DNA of 51,292 nt, taken from positions 1 through 51,292 of the forward strand of contig JAZROH010000065.1 of the NCBI GenBank assembly GCA_045648645.1, given 5' to 3'. Both the position numbers and the translations under genes were made by a program. Positions 28,191 through 37,209 of the stretch are shown here, in pieces (position 1 is the first letter of the stretch; the number at the start of each line of letters is the position of its first letter). The stretch comes from Clostridia bacterium. GTDB lineage: Bacteria; Bacillota; Clostridia; UMGS1883; UMGS1540. Under the pieces are notes generated by a model, which was given only the letters and a program-made list of their open reading frames with translations, was not told the origin of the DNA and did no database searches.

Positions 28191-28748
28191 ATGATTAGTG
28201 CAGGAGATTTTAGAAACGGTATTACTTTTGAAATGGAAGGCAATGTATTTCAGATTGTCGAATTTCAGCATGTAAAACCCGGTAAGGGAGCGGCTTTTGT
28301 AAGAACAAAGCTTAAAAATGTTATTAACGGCGGCGTTGTTGAAAAAACCTTCCGTCCTACGGATAAGATGCCGAAAGCGCATATTGAACGCAAGGATATG
28401 GAATATCTGTATAATGACGGTGAACTTTATTACTTCATGGACCAGGAAAGCTATGAGCAGATGCCTTTGAACGCAGACCAGCTTGGAGATGCGCTTCGTT
28501 TTGTAAAGGAAAACATGCTTGTAAAAATTCTTTCCTATAAAGGCAACGTATTCGGCGTAGAACCCCCGAACTTTGTTGAACTGCAGGTTGCAGAAACCGA
28601 GCCGGGTGTTAAGGGTGACACTGCAACAGGCGCACAGAAGCCTGCAATTTTGGAAACAGGTGCACAAATAAATGTTCCGCTCTTTATCGACCAGGGTGAT
28701 ATGATTCGTGTTGACACGCGCACCGGCGAATATATGGAGCGTGCATAA
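28191..28748 (+). CDS. efp: Elongation factor P
   Basis: [32 protein letters not shown]. Confidence 0.99.
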   Translation: MISAGDFRNGITFEMEGNVFQIVEFQHVKPGKGAAFVRTKLKNVINGGVVEKTFRPTDKMPKAHIERKDMEYLYNDGELYYFMDQESYEQMPLNADQLGDALRFVKENMLVKILSYKGNVFGVEPPNFVELQVAETEPGVKGDTATGAQKPAILETGAQINVPLFIDQGDMIRVDTRTGEYMERA

Positions 28749-28774
28749 TATTTAACTTAGAAGGAGGAACGAAA

Positions 28775-29203
28775 ATGGCAGCATTGGAAGAAAAGGTAGC
28801 ATACCTGAAGGGGCTTTGCGAAGGCATGGACATTGATACGGAGAAGGGCGAAGGCAAACTGCTTGCAAAAATCATTGAAGTGCTTGGCGAAATCACAGAG
28901 GAGATTGCATGCATCGAAGAGGATTATGAAGAACTGCAGGCACAGGTTGACGAAATCGACGAAGATTTGGGCTATGTAGAGGAAGACCTCTATGGCGATG
29001 ATGACGATGAGGATTGCGATTGTGACTGCGGTTGCTGCGATTTTGATTGTGAAGACATAAAGTGCCCCAATTGCGGCGAGGAAATTTATCTGGACAGTGA
29101 GCTTTTGGACCTTGAAGAGGACAACCTCATCTGCCCCGCATGCGGACACGAAATCGAACTCGAATGTGACTGCTTTGATGACGAATTCGAAGACGAAGAA
29201 TAA
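28775..29203 (+). CDS. CD1247-N-terminal-domain / zinc-ribbon acidic protein
   Basis: LEEKVAYLKGL...EIDEDL...CPNCGE...CPACG; usual position downstream of efp in Clostridia. Confidence 0.85.
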   Translation: MAALEEKVAYLKGLCEGMDIDTEKGEGKLLAKIIEVLGEITEEIACIEEDYEELQAQVDEIDEDLGYVEEDLYGDDDDEDCDCDCGCCDFDCEDIKCPNCGEEIYLDSELLDLEEDNLICPACGHEIELECDCFDDEFEDEE

Positions 29204-29210
29204 GGTAAGA

Positions 29211-29245
29211 AAAAACAGTACGGGTTTATTGCTCGTACTGTTTTT
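29211..29245 (+). terminator. Intrinsic terminator
   Basis: AAAAACAGTACGGGT-TTATT-GCTCGTACTGTTTTT. Confidence 0.8.
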
Positions 29246-29416
29246 GTATAATAATACTAAAATAAATGGCATGTTTAACAGTAAAATGCATTTGTAAAAA
29301 ATTACCAAAAAAGAAAAAAACCCCGTATTTCAAGGGCTTGTGCATGCGGCTTTGTGCATTTTGTTCAACCTGCCATACTTTTCTAAAAAAATTTACAATA
29401 AAATTCGAAAAAGTTC

Positions 29417-29445
29417 TTGCATTTTATGGCTACTTATGCTATACT
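29417..29445 (+). promoter_or_regulatory. Putative sigma-A promoter for the ABC permease pair
   Basis: TTGCAT-N17-TATACT with TG extension. Confidence 0.65.
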
Positions 29446-29611
29446 ATAAATACGTTTTATGGTGAATGTGCATAAGCGTTCATCAAAAATGTATACGTTT
29501 TAGCGTTTTGTGTGCGCATATTTATACAAATCACACAAGTGAAGGGGTATTGGTCGTGTCCGGGGCAATACTTAATATTAAAATCAGCGGACAGAAAGGT
29601 TAGGATACATA

Positions 29612-30490
29612 ATGACCAGAAAACACATGCGCTGGGGATGGCTGTTTGTATCACCGTACATAATCTCGCTGTTATGTTTTACGTTGATACCGCTGCTCAT
29701 CTCGATTTTCTTTTCATTCACGCGCTATGACATGTTGAACCCGCCGAAGTGGGTAGGCTTGCAAAACTATGTTAGAACAATTACAGACCCGAAGATTTGG
29801 ACTTCCTTCCGTAATGTTTGGGTATACGCAATTATGCTGGAGAGTGTTCAGATTTCTCTCGCGTGCGTACTTGCGGTACTTCTCAACCAGAAGGTAAAAG
29901 GTCTTTCTGCTTTCCGTATTATTTACTACATACCGGGTCTTACGCCTACAACGGCTGTATCTCTTGTTTGGGCACGTATGTATAACCCCAACGGCGGTGT
30001 TTTAAATACAATCCTTGGTTTCGTAGGTCTTGGACCGTTCCTCTTTACATATAGTGCAAATTGGGTTGAAGTTATTGCGGCGATTGTACTTATGACATTG
30101 TGGAAGGGTGTGGGTCATACCACGATTTACCTTATTGCCGGTCTGCAGGCAATTAGTGATGACATTATCGAAGCGGCTGACATTGACGGTGCAAGCGCAG
30201 TGAGAAAATTCTTTAAGATTACCGTTCCGCTTTTAACACCGACCATCTTCTTCCTGATGATTACCGGTATTTCCAGTGCGTTGCAGGTTTTTGAATCTTT
30301 CTACATGCTTGCTGAAAATACAGGTGCCGATGTATCGGTTGTAAACTCTAAGATTTACCAATTGATGTGGACAGGAACGTCACAGGTTGGTCTGGCTGCT
30401 GCCCTTGGCTGGGTAAGCTTCATCTTCGTAGCTTTGGTAACATGGCTGCAGAAGAAATATGAGAAAAAGTGGGTGCACTACGATGCCTAA
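29612..30490 (+). CDS. Carbohydrate ABC transporter permease (MalF/UgpA-like)
   Basis: WVGLQNY, YNPNGGVLN, EAA loop EAADIDGAS, ITVPLLTPT. Confidence 0.95.
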   Translation: MTRKHMRWGWLFVSPYIISLLCFTLIPLLISIFFSFTRYDMLNPPKWVGLQNYVRTITDPKIWTSFRNVWVYAIMLESVQISLACVLAVLLNQKVKGLSAFRIIYYIPGLTPTTAVSLVWARMYNPNGGVLNTILGFVGLGPFLFTYSANWVEVIAAIVLMTLWKGVGHTTIYLIAGLQAISDDIIEAADIDGASAVRKFFKITVPLLTPTIFFLMITGISSALQVFESFYMLAENTGADVSVVNSKIYQLMWTGTSQVGLAAALGWVSFIFVALVTWLQKKYEKKWVHYDA

Positions 30491-31370
30491 TAATGTTACA
30501 GTAAATTCAACCCCCGTTCAGAAAATTAAACGTCCCAACTTCTTTACCCGTCGTAGGGACTACAGCATCTGGGGCCTGATTGCTCTGCTTATTGGAGCAG
30601 TGATTATGATTTTCCCCTTCGTCTTTGCTTTTTCCGGTTCCTTGGTATCTAATGGTGCCGCCGTTTACAGAATGGAATGGTTTAAGGAATGGAATTGGAG
30701 CAACTATGCACGTGTTTTAGAAGAAGCAGACTTTTTGCGCTACATAGGGAATACGCTTTTGATTTGCGTAATTGATATTGTGGGGTCCATCATTTCGAAT
30801 ACCTTTATCGGATTTGGCTTTGCAAGATATGAAACTAAAGGACTCGGCATTCTCTTCTTCGGTGCACTTTGTACCATGTTCCTGCCGGGTACCATTATGC
30901 AGGTTCCGATGTTTGTTATCTGGAGTGAGCTGCATTGCGTTGATACATACATCCCGTTAGTTATAGGATCTTTCTTTGGTTCGGCAATAAATATATTCCT
31001 GATGCGGCAATGCTTTAAGGGACTTCCGGCAGGGCTTTATGAAGCGGCTATGATTGACGGTGCAAATCCGCTTTATATCTATGCAAGAATCTATATGCCT
31101 TTGGCACGTCCCATGATTGCAACGCTTGCACTTAATGCTTTTAAAAGTGGATGGAACAACCTGTTTGGTCCGCTGATTTATATCACCAGTCAGGAAAAGC
31201 GTACCCTCTCTTTGGCACTTGCAAACTTTAACGCAAAATACGAAGTTTCCGGTGATGTACATCTTTTAATGGCTGCTGCTATTATCGCGATGCTCCCGAC
31301 AACTGTTATTTATGCATTTACCCAGAAGCAGTTTATCGCCGGTATGGCATCTGCTGCAATTAAGGGTTAA
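30483..31370 (+). CDS. Carbohydrate ABC transporter permease (MalG/UgpE-like)
   Basis: NWSNY, IFLMRQ.F, EAAMIDGA, WNNLFGPLIY, QKQFIAG; start ATG 30483 overlaps the upstream stop region. Confidence 0.95.
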   Translation: MPNNVTVNSTPVQKIKRPNFFTRRRDYSIWGLIALLIGAVIMIFPFVFAFSGSLVSNGAAVYRMEWFKEWNWSNYARVLEEADFLRYIGNTLLICVIDIVGSIISNTFIGFGFARYETKGLGILFFGALCTMFLPGTIMQVPMFVIWSELHCVDTYIPLVIGSFFGSAINIFLMRQCFKGLPAGLYEAAMIDGANPLYIYARIYMPLARPMIATLALNAFKSGWNNLFGPLIYITSQEKRTLSLALANFNAKYEVSGDVHLLMAAAIIAMLPTTVIYAFTQKQFIAGMASAAIKG

Positions 31371-31387
31371 TCAAAAAAGATTTTATC

Positions 31388-31421
31388 AAATAAGCCGTTA
31401 CAATGCGTAACGGCTTATTTT
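31388..31421 (+). terminator. Intrinsic terminator
   Basis: 14-bp stem AAATAAGCCGTTAC/GTAACGGCTTATTT. Confidence 0.85.
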
Positions 31422-31516
31422 GCACCTTTCTGCAGAGTAAAACAGTTCACATTTTCTATGCAGAAAGAGGATATACTGCAATATGTAAAAAACTTACAGC
31501 GGAAAGGAATAAACAA

Positions 31517-33775
31517 ATGGTCATGTGTTCACGCTGCAACAAAAATGTGGCAGTGATGTTTGTAACAAAAATTGAAAACGGAGAGAAGAAAACAGAAGGA
31601 CTTTGTCTTTCCTGTGCCCAGCAGCTTGGTCTTGATATAGGACAGCTTGCAGGGAATATGGGACTGGAGCCGGAAAACTTTGAAAACCTTAGCGAACAGG
31701 TTATGCAGATGATGGAAGCGGAAGGGGACGAAGAGGGCGGTAATCTCTTTAAAGATTTATTTGGCTTTTTGGAAGGCGGACAGGCGAAGCATTCTCCGGA
31801 TGATGAAAAAGAAGATAAAAAATCTCAAAAGGGAGATAAAAAAGAAAATAAGAAAAAGAAGAGGATGCTGGATTCCTTTGGTACGAATCTTACCGCGCGA
31901 GCACGAAATGGGGAAGTGGACAGAGTTATCGGGCGCGATGCGGAAATCACGCGGTGTATGGAAATTTTGAATCGCCGTACAAAAAATAATCCATGTCTTA
32001 TCGGTGAACCGGGCGTGGGTAAAACAGCAATTGCAGAAGGGCTTGCAACCCGTATTGTGGAGGGGAATGTGCCGGCAAAGCTTCTGGATAAAGAAATTTT
32101 TCTTTTGGATTTTACGGCGATTGTGGCAGGGACGCAGTTTCGCGGTCAATTTGAGGCACGCCTTAAGAGCATTATCGAAGAAACGAAAAAGCTCGGCAAT
32201 GTAATTTTGGTTATTGATGAGCTTCATAATATCGTAGGTGCCGGCGATGCAGAGGGGGCAATGAGTGCGGCAAACATTTTAAAGCCTGCGCTTGCAAGAG
32301 GGGAAATTCAGGTAATTGGTGCTACAACGACTACGGAATACCGTAAACATATCGAAAAGGATGCAGCACTCGAACGGCGGTTCCAACCGATTTTAGTGGA
32401 AGAGCCCAATATAGAAGAAACCATTGAAATCATCACAGGCATAAAAGGCTATTATGAAGAATATCACAAGGTGAAAATTGATGCAGATGTAATTCGGGCG
32501 GCGGCAACCCTCAGTGAGCGGTATATTACAGACCGCTTTTTGCCGGATAAGGCAATCGACGTTCTCGACGAAGCGGCATCCCGTGCAAATTTGAAGAATG
32601 TCTGCATAGCACAGCTCGCAAAACTAAGGGCAGAGCTTGAATCGGTGCAGGCATCCAAAGAAAGCGCTGCACAAACGGACTCGATTGAAACGTACCAGAT
32701 TGCGGCGGACCTTAAAATGAAGGAATGTCGTTTGGAAGAGAAAATTCAGGAAACCGAGGCGGCGATGCAAGAGGTGCACCTTACAGTAGAGGATGTCGCG
32801 CGTGTAATTGCCGGCTGGACGAAAATCCCCGTAGGCCAGATTACCAAGGAAGAAACCACCCGGCTTTTAGAACTGGAAGAAACACTTAGAAAGCGAGTTC
32901 GGGGACAGGATGCGGCAATTGAAGCCGTGGCAGGTGCTATGCGGCGCGGCAGAGCCGGACTTTCCAAGGTCAGAAGACCTGTGTCCTTCATTTTTACCGG
33001 CTCTACCGGTATTGGGAAAACGGAGCTTGCCCGTGCGCTTGCAGAGGCTATGTTTGATACGGAGGATGCCCTTATCCGCGTGGATATGTCGGAATACATG
33101 GAAAAGCATGCGGTGTCGAAGCTCATCGGCTCTCCGCCCGGATATGTGGGGTATGATGATGCGGGGCAGCTTACCGAAAAAATTCGCCGTCGTCCGTATA
33201 GCGTTATTTTACTAGATGAAATTGAAAAAGCACATGCCGAAGTTTTGAATGTATTCTTGCAAATTCTGGATGACGGCCGCATTACCGATAGCCACGGCAA
33301 GCTGGTAAGCTTTGAGAATACCGTAATTATCATGACCTCTAATGCCGGCTCGGATTATAAGGGTACGGCACCGGGATATACAACCTCACCGGAAAAAGCG
33401 GGAATGGAAAAAGCGGAAAAAGCACTTCGTGCGTTCTTCCGTCCTGAGTTTTTAAACCGCCTTGACGAGATTATTCTCTTTAAACCCCTTGAAAAACCGG
33501 TGCTCATGGAAATTCTTTCGAAGATGCTGGATGAATTTTCCGAGATGCTTTCGACGAGAGATATTGCGTTTTCCATGACGGAGGAGGCAAAAGAGCTTCT
33601 GCTCGAAAAGGGTATTGACATTAAAAACGGGGCAAGACCGCTTCGTCGTGCCATTCAAAAGCATATAGAGGACAAGGCGGCATACCTTTTGATTTCCGGG
33701 GAACTCGGTGCAGGGGATACCTTCTTAGTACGGCGTGAAGAGGATGAAATCGTCTGCGAAAAGAAAAAAATGTAA
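31517..33775 (+). CDS. ATP-dependent Clp protease ATP-binding subunit with N-terminal zinc finger (ClpE/ClpC-type)
   Basis: CSRC...CLSC N-terminus; two AAA+ modules (GEPGVGKT, GSTGIGKT); RFLPDKAID, LIGSPPGYVGY; start ATG 31517. Confidence 0.95.
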   Translation: MVMCSRCNKNVAVMFVTKIENGEKKTEGLCLSCAQQLGLDIGQLAGNMGLEPENFENLSEQVMQMMEAEGDEEGGNLFKDLFGFLEGGQAKHSPDDEKEDKKSQKGDKKENKKKKRMLDSFGTNLTARARNGEVDRVIGRDAEITRCMEILNRRTKNNPCLIGEPGVGKTAIAEGLATRIVEGNVPAKLLDKEIFLLDFTAIVAGTQFRGQFEARLKSIIEETKKLGNVILVIDELHNIVGAGDAEGAMSAANILKPALARGEIQVIGATTTTEYRKHIEKDAALERRFQPILVEEPNIEETIEIITGIKGYYEEYHKVKIDADVIRAAATLSERYITDRFLPDKAIDVLDEAASRANLKNVCIAQLAKLRAELESVQASKESAAQTDSIETYQIAADLKMKECRLEEKIQETEAAMQEVHLTVEDVARVIAGWTKIPVGQITKEETTRLLELEETLRKRVRGQDAAIEAVAGAMRRGRAGLSKVRRPVSFIFTGSTGIGKTELARALAEAMFDTEDALIRVDMSEYMEKHAVSKLIGSPPGYVGYDDAGQLTEKIRRRPYSVILLDEIEKAHAEVLNVFLQILDDGRITDSHGKLVSFENTVIIMTSNAGSDYKGTAPGYTTSPEKAGMEKAEKALRAFFRPEFLNRLDEIILFKPLEKPVLMEILSKMLDEFSEMLSTRDIAFSMTEEAKELLLEKGIDIKNGARPLRRAIQKHIEDKAAYLLISGELGAGDTFLVRREEDEIVCEKKKM

Positions 33776-33864
33776 ATTATTTTGATTAAATGTGCAAAAA
33801 TACTTGCCAAAAACAAAAAAACGTGATACAGTATACGGTAGCATAAAAAGGAGGTGTATTGTAC

Positions 33865-34035
33865 ATGGCATATAAAATTACAGAAGACTGCATCAGCTGC
33901 GGCGCTTGTGAAGCAGAATGTCCGGTTTCCTGCATTTCTGCAGGCGATTCTACATTCGTAATCGATGAAGATACTTGCATCGAATGCGGTAACTGCGCAA
34001 ACGTTTGCCCCGTTTCCGCTCCCCAGCAGCAGTAA
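33865..34035 (+). CDS. fdx: Clostridial 2[4Fe-4S] ferredoxin (56 aa)
   Basis: Manual translation MAYKITEDCISCGACEAECPVSCISAGDSTFVIDEDTCIECGNCANVCPVSAPQQQ; two CxxCxxCxxxCP motifs; AGGAGGTG RBS. Confidence 0.97.
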   Translation: MAYKITEDCISCGACEAECPVSCISAGDSTFVIDEDTCIECGNCANVCPVSAPQQQ

Positions 34036-34050
34036 AAAGGGTGAAGAGTA

Positions 34051-34074
34051 GGGGTTGCCCTTCGGGGCGACCCC
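34051..34074 (+). terminator. Hairpin after the ferredoxin gene (terminator or mRNA-stabilising)
   Basis: GGGGTTGCCC-TTCG-GGGCGACCCC; no strong U-tract. Confidence 0.55.
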
Positions 34075-34091
34075 GAACTTGTCAAGAAGAT

Positions 34092-34820
34092 ATGAATGAA
34101 TTTGAAAGAAAAGATGACCTGCAGCTTGGCGGGCTTCATATATGGCAGGACAGGCGTGAGTTTTGTTTTGGTGTGGATGCGGTGCTCCTTTCGGCATTTG
34201 CCGAGATTAAAAAGGGGGACCGTGTATTAGATCTTTGCACGGGAAACGGCATTATTCCGATTTTGCTTGCAGGCAAAACAGAGGCGGGAGAAATCCGTGG
34301 TCTCGAAATTAATCCTGTGCAGGTGCGCCTTGCAAAAAGAAGTATCGAGGAAAACGGGCTTCGGCATGTGGCGGTTTTAGAAGGCAATATAAAGGATGCG
34401 AAATCCATTTTCTGCGATGCGCGATTTGACGCTGTAACCTGCAATCCGCCTTATATTACGGATGGGCGCATTCAAAACCCGAACCGTAATAAGGCAATTG
34501 CCCGACATGAGATTTTGTGTACACTGGACGATGTACTGCAAAGTGCCGCTTCCGTGCTCCGCTTTGGCGGACGCTTTTTCATGGTACACAGACCTGACAG
34601 GCTTACAGATATACTGGAAAAAATGCGGGCACACCGTTTGGAACCCGGGCGGCTTCGCATGGTACATACAAGGGCGGATAGTGCCGCATCGCTTGTATTG
34701 ATTGAAGGAATTTTTGGCGGCGGTGTTTTTTTGCGTGTAATGCCGCCGCTTATTTTATATGGCGAGGATGGGCAGTATACAAAGGATGCGCTCACCGCAT
34801 ATGGAAGGGATATAAAATGA
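34092..34820 (+). CDS. tRNA1(Val) A37 N6-methyltransferase (YabB/TrmN6-like)
   Basis: FCFGVDAVLL, DLCTGNG, NPPY, IARHE, MVHRPDRL; start ATG 34092. Confidence 0.93.
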   Translation: MNEFERKDDLQLGGLHIWQDRREFCFGVDAVLLSAFAEIKKGDRVLDLCTGNGIIPILLAGKTEAGEIRGLEINPVQVRLAKRSIEENGLRHVAVLEGNIKDAKSIFCDARFDAVTCNPPYITDGRIQNPNRNKAIARHEILCTLDDVLQSAASVLRFGGRFFMVHRPDRLTDILEKMRAHRLEPGRLRMVHTRADSAASLVLIEGIFGGGVFLRVMPPLILYGEDGQYTKDALTAYGRDIK

Positions 34821-35641
34821 GTGGAACACTTTATGTTTGTGCAACACCCATAGGCAATTTAGAGGATATTTCCGAGCGACTTCGAAAGACGCTCTCCGAG
34901 GTGGACCTTGTGGCGGCGGAGGATACGCGGCACACGGCAAAGCTCTTAAAACATCTGGAGATTTCGAAGCCGTGCATCAGTTATTTTACGCATAACAGAA
35001 AGGGACACGGCGAGGTTATTATAAAAGAGCTTCTTGCAGGGAAAAATGTGGCACTTGTAAGTGATGCAGGGACGCCTGCAATCAGTGACCCTGGCGAGGA
35101 ACTGGTGCAAATGTGCGCGGCGGAAAATATTCGGACAGTGCCCGTGCCCGGGGCCTGTGCGGCGATAAGTGCGCTTTCGGTTTCGGGGCTTTCAACGGGG
35201 CGTTTTGTCTTTGAAGGGTTTTTGCCGATGCAGAAAAAAGGCAGAATGGACCGTCTGGCGGAGCTAAAAAATGAAAAAAGAACCATCATATTTTATGAAG
35301 CACCGCATAAGCTTTTAAGGACGCTGGAGGATTTTAAATCCGCATTTGGAGAGACACGGCGGATTACCCTTTGCAGAGAAATGACAAAGGTGTTTGAAGA
35401 AACGGTGCGCATTACGGTGGGCGAGGCAGTAGAAAAGTATACGACAGAGCCGCCGAGAGGCGAATTTGTGCTGGTACTGGAAGGCGCGCCGGAAGAGGTC
35501 GTTTCTTTTGCGGATTTGACGGTGGAGGAGCATGTTGCGCTATATGAAAAGGGCGGCATGTCCCGCATGGATGCGGTCAAAAAGGTGGCGGCGGACAGAA
35601 ATGTTCCCAAGCGGGAAATATATGATATAGTTATGCGGTGA
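34817..35641 (+). CDS. rsmI: 16S rRNA C1402 2'-O-methyltransferase
   Basis: ATPIGNLEDIS, AEDTR, VSDAGTPAISDPG, FYEAPH. Confidence 0.98.
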   Translation: MSGTLYVCATPIGNLEDISERLRKTLSEVDLVAAEDTRHTAKLLKHLEISKPCISYFTHNRKGHGEVIIKELLAGKNVALVSDAGTPAISDPGEELVQMCAAENIRTVPVPGACAAISALSVSGLSTGRFVFEGFLPMQKKGRMDRLAELKNEKRTIIFYEAPHKLLRTLEDFKSAFGETRRITLCREMTKVFEETVRITVGEAVEKYTTEPPRGEFVLVLEGAPEEVVSFADLTVEEHVALYEKGGMSRMDAVKKVAADRNVPKREIYDIVMR

Positions 35642-35654
35642 AAGGAACGATACT

Positions 35655-36686
35655 ATGCAAATTGCAATTTTATTCGGCGGAAAATCCGGAGAACACGATG
35701 TATCCTGTCTTTCGGCAGCATCTGTACTGGAAAACATAAATGCAGAAAAATACTCCATTTTGAAAATAGGCATTACGAAAGATGGTGCATGGTATAAAAC
35801 GGATGCAGCACCGGAGGAAATCCGAAGCGGAAAATGGGCGTATCTTCCAAAAACAAAAGCGATTTTGTCACCGGATGCAAGTGACGGCGGCTTCTGGATA
35901 TTTGAAGAAAACGGACCTGTGCTTTTGCCTGTGGATGTAATTTTCCCTGTTATGCACGGGGACTTTTGCGAGGATGGCTGTCTGCAAGGGCTTTGTGAAC
36001 TTGCGGGCATCCGGTATGTAGGATGCGGCGTTTGTGCATCGGCTGTTGGAATGGATAAGGAAATTGCAAAACAAATGTTTGCCGGCGCGGGCATTCCCGT
36101 GGCAGGCGGCGTTGTAATTGAAAAGAAAAATGCGAAAGAGGCGGCAAAACTTGTAAAAACTACGCTTACCTATCCCGTGTTTGTAAAACCTGCCAATGCA
36201 GGCTCTTCACTCGGGGCTTCCAAGGTAGAGAGCGAGGACAGACTCGAAGATGCCCTAAAAGAAGCGTTTCGATATGATACAAAGGTGCTCGTGGAAGAAT
36301 ATATTGATGCCCGTGAGATAGAATGTGCGGTACTCGGGAAGGAAACGCCTGTACCTTCAGTGCTGGGGGAAATTGTGCCCGAGGCAGAGTTTTATGATTA
36401 CGAGGCAAAATATATTGACGGCACGTCAAAGCTTTTAATTCCTGCACCGCTTTCCGAAGAAGAAAGCGCAAAAATTCAGGATTATGCCGTGCGTGCGTTT
36501 CGGGCAATCGGGGCGGAAGGATTTTCGCGGGTTGACTTTTTTATGGATAAAGGAACGGGTAGGGTGGTCATCAATGAAATTAACACCATTCCGGGCTTTA
36601 CGGAAATCAGCATGTATCCAAAGCTTTGGAAAGCATCGGGACTTGCATATGCGGACTTAATCGACAGATTGATAGAACTTGCATAG
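35655..36686 (+). CDS. ddl: D-alanine--D-alanine ligase
   Basis: FGGKSGEHDVS, HG..CEDG, VKPANAGSS, FYDYEAKY (Tyr-type omega loop), NEINTIPGFT. Confidence 0.97.
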   Translation: MQIAILFGGKSGEHDVSCLSAASVLENINAEKYSILKIGITKDGAWYKTDAAPEEIRSGKWAYLPKTKAILSPDASDGGFWIFEENGPVLLPVDVIFPVMHGDFCEDGCLQGLCELAGIRYVGCGVCASAVGMDKEIAKQMFAGAGIPVAGGVVIEKKNAKEAAKLVKTTLTYPVFVKPANAGSSLGASKVESEDRLEDALKEAFRYDTKVLVEEYIDAREIECAVLGKETPVPSVLGEIVPEAEFYDYEAKYIDGTSKLLIPAPLSEEESAKIQDYAVRAFRAIGAEGFSRVDFFMDKGTGRVVINEINTIPGFTEISMYPKLWKASGLAYADLIDRLIELA

Positions 36687-36760
36687 CTGTAAGAACTTAA
36701 CTTTGCTTTTTGTAGAGATTTGTGATATACTATGTGTAAATACATATGAGGAGCATCAAT

Positions 36761-37186
36761 ATGAATAAGGAAGTTATCATTTCTATAGAGGGACAGGAAA
36801 TGTTTGCCGAAGGCGGAGAAGAAAACGTAACCGAGCTTGTTACGGCGGGAAAATACTATAAAAAAGGGGACAAGCATTATCTTTCCTATAAGGAAACGGA
36901 AATGACGGGCTTTGAAGCCACAACCACAATGCTGAAAATTGAAAATGACCGCGTGGCGCTGACGCGTTACGGACAGGTGAATACCCATATGGTGTTTGCC
37001 CCGGGCGAAAAGCATACAGGATATTATGAAACGCCTTACGGCAGCTTTACCGTAGGCATTGTGTCGGACGATGTGAAGGTACAGTTTGGGAAAAACAGCG
37101 GACAGATAGATATCCATTATCTGCTTGAAATTGATAATAATACAAAGGCAGAGCACACGCTCTCCTTAAACGTGCGGGAAGCATAA
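36761..37186 (+). CDS. DUF1934 (YwiB-like) beta-barrel protein
   Basis: YLSYKE...TTTMLKI...R.G...YETPYG; adjacent to argS; promoter-like TTGCTT-N17-TATACT at 36703-36731. Confidence 0.88.
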   Translation: MNKEVIISIEGQEMFAEGGEENVTELVTAGKYYKKGDKHYLSYKETEMTGFEATTTMLKIENDRVALTRYGQVNTHMVFAPGEKHTGYYETPYGSFTVGIVSDDVKVQFGKNSGQIDIHYLLEIDNNTKAEHTLSLNVREA

Positions 37187-37209
37187 ACTGAAATCGGAGG
37201 AAGAGAAGA

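Noticed and set aside
35655-36686. Vancomycin-resistance ligase (VanA/B or D-Ala-D-Lac type)
   Set aside because: The omega loop reads YDYEAKY (D-Ala-D-Ala type) and no van genes are adjacent.
36687-37209. T-box leader for argS
   Set aside because: Intergenic gaps are too short and no T-box consensus is visible.
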